Position numbers and translations under genes: made by a program. A DNA stretch of 64,000 nucleotides from Faecalibacterium sp. CAG:1138 (GTDB lineage: Bacteria; Bacillota; Clostridia; Christensenellales; CAG-917): assembly GCA_000434675.1 (NCBI GenBank), contig HF988645.1, forward strand, positions 3,522 to 67,521, written 5' to 3'. The stretch's first letter is position 1. Each line of letters opens with the position of its first letter. The notes under the pieces are model-generated. The model saw only the letters and a program-made list of their open reading frames with translations. It searched no databases and was not told the origin of the DNA. Positions 58,063 through 64,000 of the stretch are shown piece by piece.

Positions 58063-59012
58063 CAGTCTTTGAATAAAAATGCGTTCCACTCGCCCATGTT
58101 AACGGCCTTGATTTGCATAAAGCCCGCGGCCTTGAAGGCCATGGCGACTTCCGCAACTCTTTCGTTGATTATGCCGGAAACGACGAGATAGCCGTTGTCT
58201 TTGACATACTTTTTGATGTCTTTGGAAAGCTTGATCAAAACGTCGGCGGTTATGTTGGCAAGCACCACGTCGGCCTCGAAATCGGTTTTCGTCAAAAGGT
58301 CGGCGCATTCTACGTCGCATTTTTCCGAAACGCCGTTAAGCTCGGCGTTCTCTTTTGCGGTCAGAACGGCGTCGGCGTCGATGTCGCACATATACGCGCG
58401 CTCTGCTCCGAGAAGCACCGCCGCTATGCCCAAAATGCCGCTGCCCGTGCCCACGTCGATGACGGTTTTCCCTTGCGGCGCACATTCGGCCAAAAGATCC
58501 AAACACATGTGCGTGGTTTCGTGTTCGCCGGTTCCGAATGCCATGCCGGGATTTATATACAGCAGTTTTTCGCCTTCGGCTTTAGGATAGTTTATCCACT
58601 TCGGAACGACGGTTACAGATTTCGTTACGATAGGTTTGTAATATTTTTTCCACTCGTTGCGCCAGTCGGCGTCATCCACCGGATTTGCGATGATTTCCGC
58701 CGCGCCCACAGGAAACGGCGAACGGGACTTAAGAACCGCAAGCCCTTCCTCAACTTCTTTCAGTTTGGTTTTCAGCTCGCTCTCCGGCACCATAAATTTG
58801 ACGTACACTCTGTCGTCGTAGCCGTCGAGAGCCTTTTTGTCGATATAATCCCAGATGACCGACGAGCGGTAAAGCTCCTCGACGTCGCTTTTGTCTCTGA
58901 TGCTTACTCCCTCTCCTCCCAAATCGAAAAAGAGGTCCGCCACCAAGTCCGCAGCTTCGTGCGTGGTGGTGACGGATATCTCATACCATTTTGCGTTTTT
59001 AACGTTTTCCAT
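58062..59012 (-). CDS. prmA: Ribosomal protein L11 methyltransferase
   Basis: 316 aa; KWYEISV N-terminus; SAM motif DVGTGSGIL. Confidence 0.92.
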   Translation of the reverse strand: MENVKNAKWYEISVTTTHEAADLVADLFFDLGGEGVSIRDKSDVEELYRSSVIWDYIDKKALDGYDDRVYVKFMVPESELKTKLKEVEEGLAVLKSRSPFPVGAAEIIANPVDDADWRNEWKKYYKPIVTKSVTVVPKWINYPKAEGEKLLYINPGMAFGTGEHETTHMCLDLLAECAPQGKTVIDVGTGSGILGIAAVLLGAERAYMCDIDADAVLTAKENAELNGVSEKCDVECADLLTKTDFEADVVLANITADVLIKLSKDIKKYVKDNGYLVVSGIINERVAEVAMAFKAAGFMQIKAVNMGEWNAFLFKD

Positions 59013-60160
59013 TATTTCAGGTTATCCTTGTATTCTTTTATCTTCTGATATTGCTTCTGATCGAAGGTTTTTGCCAAGGCTTCCAGCGCTTTTTTCTGCT
59101 CGCGGGAAAGTTTTTTAGGGGTTTCCACCACAACGGTTATGTAGAGGTCGCCGTAAACTTCTTTCCTGAGGTATTTGACGCCCTTGTTCTTTATGCGGAA
59201 CACGGTGCCCGTCTGAGTGCCTTCCGGAATTTCGTATTTTATCGGACCGTTCAAGGTCGGAACGTCGATTTCGCCGCCCAGAACCGCTTCGGTGAAAGTG
59301 ATAGGCACGTTGACGTAGAGGTTGTAGTCCCTTCTTTCGAACAATTTGTGCTTTTTCACTCTAACCACGACGATCAGGCTGCCGTTTTCGCCGCCGTTGG
59401 TGCCGGCTTCGCCTTCGTTGTAGTAGCTCATCTGCTGTCCGTCGGCAATGCCCGCAGGGACGTTGACCTTCACCGTGCGCACCTGCTCCACTTTGCCTTT
59501 GCCGCCGCAAGCCGTGCATTTGTCGGTTATAATCTTGCCCTTACCCCTGCAATCCGGACATACGGTCTGAGTGGAAACCTGCCCGAAAACGGTACGTTGC
59601 GTAACGTTCACCACGCCTTTGCCGCCGCACTTCGTGCAGGTTTTGACGGAGTTTGCGTCCTTTGCGCCAGTGCCGCCGCAGGTCTTGCAATTTTCGGTGC
59701 GTTTGATTTTGACTTCTTTTTCGCAGCCGAAAGCCGCTTCCTCGAAGGTGATGTTCAGTTCGACCACGATGTCCTCGCCGCGAATGGCTCGGTTGGCCCT
59801 TGCGCTCCTTCTTCCCGCGCCTCCCGTGAAGCCCGAAAAGATGGTGCTGAAAATGTCGTCCATATCGAAGCCTTCGCCCGACGTTGACCAGTGGAAGCCG
59901 CCCGTGCCTCCCGCGCCGCCGCCCATCGGACCGTTTTCGTTTCCGTAGGTGTCGTAAGCCGCGCGTTTGTCGTCGTCGGAGAGCACTTCGTATGCGTGAT
60001 TGATTTCCTTAAACTTTTCCTCGGCCTTTTTCTTCTCTTCCTCGGAAGCCGTGCTGTACATATCCGGATGATATTTTTTCGCAAGGTTCCTGTATGCCGT
60101 TTTAAGTTGATCTTTCGTCGCCGATTTGTCGACGCCTAAGGTTTCGTAATAGTTTGCCAT
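59012..60160 (-). CDS. dnaJ: Chaperone DnaJ
   Basis: 382 aa; J domain (KKYHPDM), G-rich linker, four CxxCxGxG repeats. Confidence 0.96.
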   Translation of the reverse strand: MANYYETLGVDKSATKDQLKTAYRNLAKKYHPDMYSTASEEEKKKAEEKFKEINHAYEVLSDDDKRAAYDTYGNENGPMGGGAGGTGGFHWSTSGEGFDMDDIFSTIFSGFTGGAGRRSARANRAIRGEDIVVELNITFEEAAFGCEKEVKIKRTENCKTCGGTGAKDANSVKTCTKCGGKGVVNVTQRTVFGQVSTQTVCPDCRGKGKIITDKCTACGGKGKVEQVRTVKVNVPAGIADGQQMSYYNEGEAGTNGGENGSLIVVVRVKKHKLFERRDYNLYVNVPITFTEAVLGGEIDVPTLNGPIKYEIPEGTQTGTVFRIKNKGVKYLRKEVYGDLYITVVVETPKKLSREQKKALEALAKTFDQKQYQKIKEYKDNLK

Positions 60161-60240
60161 AATTATCCTTATAATATGGCTAATCTCACCCTCATTCCGG
60201 GGGTGAGAGCAGCCTGAATTTTGCTATTTGCTATTTGTTT

Positions 60241-62052
60241 TTATTTGATGTCGTCAGGATCTCCTGCAACCGGACCGTCCGTGCCTTCGGTTCCCTGAGG
60301 GTTTTCGGCGGCGTTTGCCTGATAAAGCTTGGTCATGACAGGGTCGGAAACCTTGCTCAGTTCTTCCATAACCTTCTTGATTGCGTCCATATCGTCGGCT
60401 TTTTCGAGGTCGGCTTTTGCGGTTTCGCAAGCCTTGGTTACGGTTTCTTTGTCTTCGTCGGACAATTTGTCGCCTGCGTCTTTGACGGCTTTTTCGATGG
60501 CGAAGATAAGTTGTTCTCCGCTGTTTTTGGCTTCGACCTTCTCTTTTCTTGCTTTGTCTTCGGCTTCGTATTTTTCGGCTTCGGCAACCTTCTTGTTGAT
60601 TTCTTCTTCGGTGAGGTTGGAGGAAGCGGAAATGGTGATGGACTGGCTCTTGTTGGTGCCCTTATCCATTGCCTTTACGCTTACGATGCCGTTGGCGTCG
60701 ATGTCGAAGGTAACTTCGATCTGAGGTACGCCCCTCGGTGCCGGAGCAATGCCCACAAGTTCGAAACGTCCCAAAGTCTTGTTGTCTTTTGCAAATTCTC
60801 TTTCGCCCTGCAGAACGTGAACGTCAACGGAAGTCTGATTGTCCGCGGCCGTCGAGAAGATCTGCGATTTGGACGTAGGAATGGTGGTGTTTCTGTCGAT
60901 AAGTCTGGTGAAGATGCCGCCCAGCGTTTCGATACCCAAAGAAAGCGGAGTTACGTCCAGAAGCAGAACGTCTTTCACGTCGCCTGCCAGAACGCCGCCC
61001 TGAATTGCCGCGCCGATTGCGACGCATTCGTCAGGGTTGATGCCCTTAAACGGTTCTTTGCCGGTGAAGTTTTTGACTGCTTCGACGACTGCCGGAATAC
61101 GGGTGCTGCCGCCGACAAGAATAACCTTTGCGATGTCTCCGACGGAAAGGCCTGCGTCCTTCAAAGCTTGTTTGGTAGGACCCATGGTCATTTCGACGAG
61201 GTCGGATGTCAGGCTGTCGAATTTTGCTTTCGTGAGGTCGACGTCCAGGTGTTTAGGGCCGTCGGCGCCGATGGTGATAAACGGCAGGCTGATTTTGGTT
61301 TTGGTTACGCCGGAAAGGTCGATTTTGGCTTTTTCGGAAGCTTCTTTGATACGCTGCATAGCCATCTTGTCTCCCGAGAGGTCGATGCCTTCGGTCTTCT
61401 TGAATTCGGCCACAACGTAGTCCATGATACGTTTGTCGAAGTCGTCGCCGCCAAGGTGGTTGTTGCCGCTGGTTGCCAGAACTTCGAACACGCCGTCGCC
61501 AAGTTCCAGCACGCTTACGTCGAACGTGCCGCCGCCAAGGTCGAAAATGAGAACTTTCTGGTTTTTGTTTTCGTCTTTATCCAAGCCGTACGCAAGAGCC
61601 GCCGCGGTAGGTTCGTTGATGATACGCATAACTTCCAGACCTGCGATTTTGCCTGCGTCCTTGGTTGCCTGACGCTGACTGTCGGTGAAGTATGCAGGAA
61701 CGGTGATAACTGCCTGCGTAACTTTTTGACCGAGATATTTTTCGGCGTCGTTTTTAAGTTTAGTGAGGATCATTGCGGAAATTTCCTGCGGGGTGTAGTT
61801 TTTGCCGTCCACGGAAACCGTGTAATCCGAACCCATTTTTCTCTTTATGCTGGAAATGGTTCTGTCAGGGTTAGCAACTGCCTGACGTTTTGCGATTTCG
61901 CCCACAAGCCTTTCGCCGTCTTTGGAAAAGCCCACGACGGACGGGGTTGTACGCATACCTTCGGCGTTAGGGATAACGGTTGCTTCGCCGCCTTCCATAA
62001 CTGCCACACAGCTGTTGGTTGTTCCTAAGTCTATACCGATAATTTTACTCAT
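60241..62052 (-). CDS. dnaK: Chaperone DnaK (Hsp70)
   Basis: 603 aa; [18 protein letters not shown]. Confidence 0.98.
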   Translation of the reverse strand: MSKIIGIDLGTTNSCVAVMEGGEATVIPNAEGMRTTPSVVGFSKDGERLVGEIAKRQAVANPDRTISSIKRKMGSDYTVSVDGKNYTPQEISAMILTKLKNDAEKYLGQKVTQAVITVPAYFTDSQRQATKDAGKIAGLEVMRIINEPTAAALAYGLDKDENKNQKVLIFDLGGGTFDVSVLELGDGVFEVLATSGNNHLGGDDFDKRIMDYVVAEFKKTEGIDLSGDKMAMQRIKEASEKAKIDLSGVTKTKISLPFITIGADGPKHLDVDLTKAKFDSLTSDLVEMTMGPTKQALKDAGLSVGDIAKVILVGGSTRIPAVVEAVKNFTGKEPFKGINPDECVAIGAAIQGGVLAGDVKDVLLLDVTPLSLGIETLGGIFTRLIDRNTTIPTSKSQIFSTAADNQTSVDVHVLQGEREFAKDNKTLGRFELVGIAPAPRGVPQIEVTFDIDANGIVSVKAMDKGTNKSQSITISASSNLTEEEINKKVAEAEKYEAEDKARKEKVEAKNSGEQLIFAIEKAVKDAGDKLSDEDKETVTKACETAKADLEKADDMDAIKKVMEELSKVSDPVMTKLYQANAAENPQGTEGTDGPVAGDPDDIK

Positions 62053-62087
62053 AGTTAAATCTCCTTTATTTCCGAATTATTTCTGTT

Positions 62088-62651
62088 TTATTTTCCCACC
62101 GCGACCACGCTGTGGCGGAGAACTTTGTCCCCGAGCATGTAACCTTTCTGAATTTCGTACACCACTTTTCCGGTCATGTCCTCTTTTTCGACCTGCATGA
62201 TGCAGTTGTGGAAATTCGGATCGAAGTCCTTGCCTGCGGCGTCGATTTCGGTTACGTTGTATTTTGCAAGAACCAGCTTAAACTGTTCTTTTATTATGCT
62301 TAAACCCGTCAAAGTGTTTTCGTCGGTGATTGCCTGCTCGGCTCTGTCGAAGCTGTCGAGAACCGGCAAAATGCTCTCCAGAACGTCGACGATGGTTCTT
62401 TCGCGAACCTCTTTAGAAAGGTTTTGATTGTTCTTTCTGTAGTTTTCGAATTCCGCCCTCTGACGAAGCGCCATGTCCTTATATTCGGCGGCCTGCTTCA
62501 AAGCTTCCTCCAAAGGAGACGGTTCGCTTGTCGTTTCGGAAGCGGCGGTTTCCTCCGGATTTTCCAAAGCTTCCTGCGCTTCTTCGACCGCGGCGTCTTC
62601 CCTCAGCGGCGGTTTAGGATTGATTTTTTCGTATTTGATTTTTTTTGCCAT
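62088..62651 (-). CDS. grpE: Nucleotide exchange factor GrpE
   Basis: 187 aa; RQRAEFENYRKN; C-terminal beta domain. Confidence 0.95.
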   Translation of the reverse strand: MAKKIKYEKINPKPPLREDAAVEEAQEALENPEETAASETTSEPSPLEEALKQAAEYKDMALRQRAEFENYRKNNQNLSKEVRERTIVDVLESILPVLDSFDRAEQAITDENTLTGLSIIKEQFKLVLAKYNVTEIDAAGKDFDPNFHNCIMQVEKEDMTGKVVYEIQKGYMLGDKVLRHSVVAVGK

Positions 62652-62652
62652 G

Positions 62653-63681
62653 TTACTCCTCTTTTTTGCCGTCGATAACTTTGTCGAAGGCTTTGCTCAG
62701 ATAGTTGAGCACCGATATAACTTTGTTGTAGTTCATTCTTTCAGGCCCGATGACGCCCGCCTGACCGATCTCCTTGCCGTTGACGACGTATTTTGCCGTA
62801 ACGATAGCGCATTTGTCAAGTCCGCCGCTTTCCTCTTTGCCGATTTTCACGGAGAACTCGATGCCTTCGCCCGAATCCAGAAGCGACGCTACCTGTTCGT
62901 GCTCGCCGATGACCGACAAAAACTTTCTGGCGTCGTCGATGTTGTTGTATTCAGGATAGTCCAGCATCTTCAGCGCGCCTTCCATATAGACCTTGTCGGT
63001 GCCTTCCTCGTTGTAACCTGCGATGATTTCGACGATTTCCTCGAACAGCGACCTGAATCTTTCCATTTCGGCGTCAACGATGTCGTACGGCTCCAGAATC
63101 TCTTCAACAGTTTTTCCGCCGAACATTTTGTTCACCAGTCTGTTTGCGCTTTCGATCACGTCCGTGCGAATGTTTTTCGGAATGTCGATGGTTTTGTCTT
63201 TAAGCACTCCGTTGTCGGTGATGACGATAACCAGCGCGGTGTCGTCGCCGATAGGCACGAGCTTGATTTCCTTAACCAGAACTTCTTTGAAGTTCTTCAC
63301 CACGATAACCGAGGTGTAATTCGTTACGTCCGCCAGAACCTTCGCCGTCTGCTTGATAATGTCCTCAACCTTGTCGACCTTTTTGTCGAAGCTGGAGCGG
63401 ATATATTTTATCTCGGCCGGCGTAAGAACGCAATCGGGAATGATGTTTTCCACGTAAAGCTTGTACGCCTGAGGAAGAGGCACTCTCCCCGAAGACGTGT
63501 GCGGCTGCTCGAGATAACCCATTTTTTCCAATGCGGCCAGATCGTTTCTGATGGTTGCGCTGGAAACTTCGGGCATATATTTTGCTTTTATGTCGCCGGA
63601 GCTGACAGGCTCTGCCGTGGAAACGAATTCGTCTACCAAAGCTCTGAGGATTTTCTGTTTTCTTTTCGACAGCTCTTCCAT
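62653..63681 (-). CDS. hrcA: Heat-inducible transcription repressor HrcA
   Basis: 342 aa; MEELSKRKQKILRALVDEFVSTAEPVSS; GGAGG SD. Confidence 0.95.
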   Translation of the reverse strand: MEELSKRKQKILRALVDEFVSTAEPVSSGDIKAKYMPEVSSATIRNDLAALEKMGYLEQPHTSSGRVPLPQAYKLYVENIIPDCVLTPAEIKYIRSSFDKKVDKVEDIIKQTAKVLADVTNYTSVIVVKNFKEVLVKEIKLVPIGDDTALVIVITDNGVLKDKTIDIPKNIRTDVIESANRLVNKMFGGKTVEEILEPYDIVDAEMERFRSLFEEIVEIIAGYNEEGTDKVYMEGALKMLDYPEYNNIDDARKFLSVIGEHEQVASLLDSGEGIEFSVKIGKEESGGLDKCAIVTAKYVVNGKEIGQAGVIGPERMNYNKVISVLNYLSKAFDKVIDGKKEE

Positions 63682-63699
63682 AACCTGCCTCCATACGTT

Positions 63700-63726
63700 T
63701 TAGCACTCAACATCTTTGATTGCTAA
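63700..63726. promoter_or_regulatory. CIRCE operator (HrcA binding site), promoter-proximal
   Basis: TTAGCACTC-N9-GATTGCTAA; one mismatch to TTAGCACTC-N9-GAGTGCTAA. Confidence 0.88.
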
Positions 63727-63729
63727 TTC

Positions 63730-63758
63730 AGTATAATACCGATTTTAGCAGTTGTCAA
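63730..63758 (-). promoter_or_regulatory. Sigma-A promoter of the hrcA operon
   Basis: Minus strand reads TTGACA-17 nt-TATACT. The -35 lies in the spacer of the distal CIRCE-like element. Confidence 0.7.
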
Positions 63759-63772
63759 GTGGTGAGTGCTAA
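63745..63772. promoter_or_regulatory. Second, degenerate CIRCE-like element
   Basis: TTAGCAGTT-N10-GAGTGCTAA; one perfect arm, two mismatches in the other, and a 10-nt spacer. Confidence 0.55.
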
Positions 63773-63802
63773 ATTTTTTCATATTTTTTCCAATTTTTTT
63801 TT

Positions 63803-63832
63803 ACAAAAGAAAAACTTGCCACTTTTGGCAAG
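63803..63832 (-). terminator. Rho-independent terminator after the hemW-like gene
   Basis: Stem cttgcca/tggcaag, 4-nt loop, U-rich tail (uuuuucuuuu). Confidence 0.75.
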
Positions 63833-64000
63833 TTAATCAGGCATAAATTCAAGCAAAATTTGGTTGGAAACGTAAAAGCCTTCCTTTTTCAGCCGAAATC
63901 TTCCGCCCGAAAACTCCGTAAACGCCTCCGTCTTTTTTATAGGTATATTATATTTCTCTAAAAAGTTGCAGTTATATTTATCTTCGAACGCCCGAGCGTC
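63833..64000 (-). CDS. hemW: Radical SAM HemW/HemN-like protein, C-terminal fragment (N-terminus beyond the right edge)
   Basis: Manual translation gives ...DARAFEDKYNCNFLEKYNIPIKKTEAFTEFSGGRFRLKKEGFYVSNQILLEFMPD*. Same position as B. subtilis hemN/yqeR upstream of hrcA. Confidence 0.65.
   Translation of the reverse strand, partial: DARAFEDKYNCNFLEKYNIPIKKTEAFTEFSGGRFRLKKEGFYVSNQILLEFMPD

Noticed and set aside
60161-60240. Hairpin (tctcaccc/gggtgaga) between dnaK and dnaJ considered as a terminator.
   Set aside because: No U-tract follows it on the minus strand. It may be a partial attenuator or processing site, but the evidence is insufficient to call it.

Overview
Core chromosomal segment of a Bacillota (Clostridia-like) genome, about 50% GC by eye. 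I call 64 protein genes, 61 on the minus strand, many overlapping by 1-20 nt, so they form long co-oriented operons. Content is mostly housekeeping and syntenic with Bacillus/Clostridium: rny-recA-cinA-pgsA-rimO-ftsK; M16 peptidase, polysaccharide deacetylase, pnp, rpsO; hemZ-like, MBL hydrolase, dtd, relA, recJ, secDF, yajC, tgt, queA, ruvBAC; thiamine pyrophosphokinase and thiT; pgi, hpf; mcsA-mcsB-clpC; dinB; ddl-murF; rimI-tsaB-tsaE; rsfS, nadD/yqeK, yhbY, obg, nth, rpsU, HIT; and hrcA-grpE-dnaK-dnaJ-prmA-rsmE-mtaB with CIRCE operators. rny, rpsU and a hemW fragment are absent from the ORF track and were found by manual translation. TPP and FMN riboswitches are recognisable by eye. I saw no rRNA, tRNA, CRISPR array, transposase, integrase or prophage genes. 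There is no clear-cut novel system. The best candidates are: (1) an orphan 2-TM protein plus 367-aa protein appended to the clpC operon; (2) a RibU-TsaE in-frame fusion behind an FMN riboswitch; (3) a MalK-like ABC ATPase with degenerate catalytic motifs, paired with an orphan lipoprotein; (4) an unclassified terminator-containing leader before an ACT-like protein and an S-component-like membrane protein; (5) a MurF whose N-terminal domain is replaced by a polytopic membrane domain. All family calls come from reading the translations. No database search was run.
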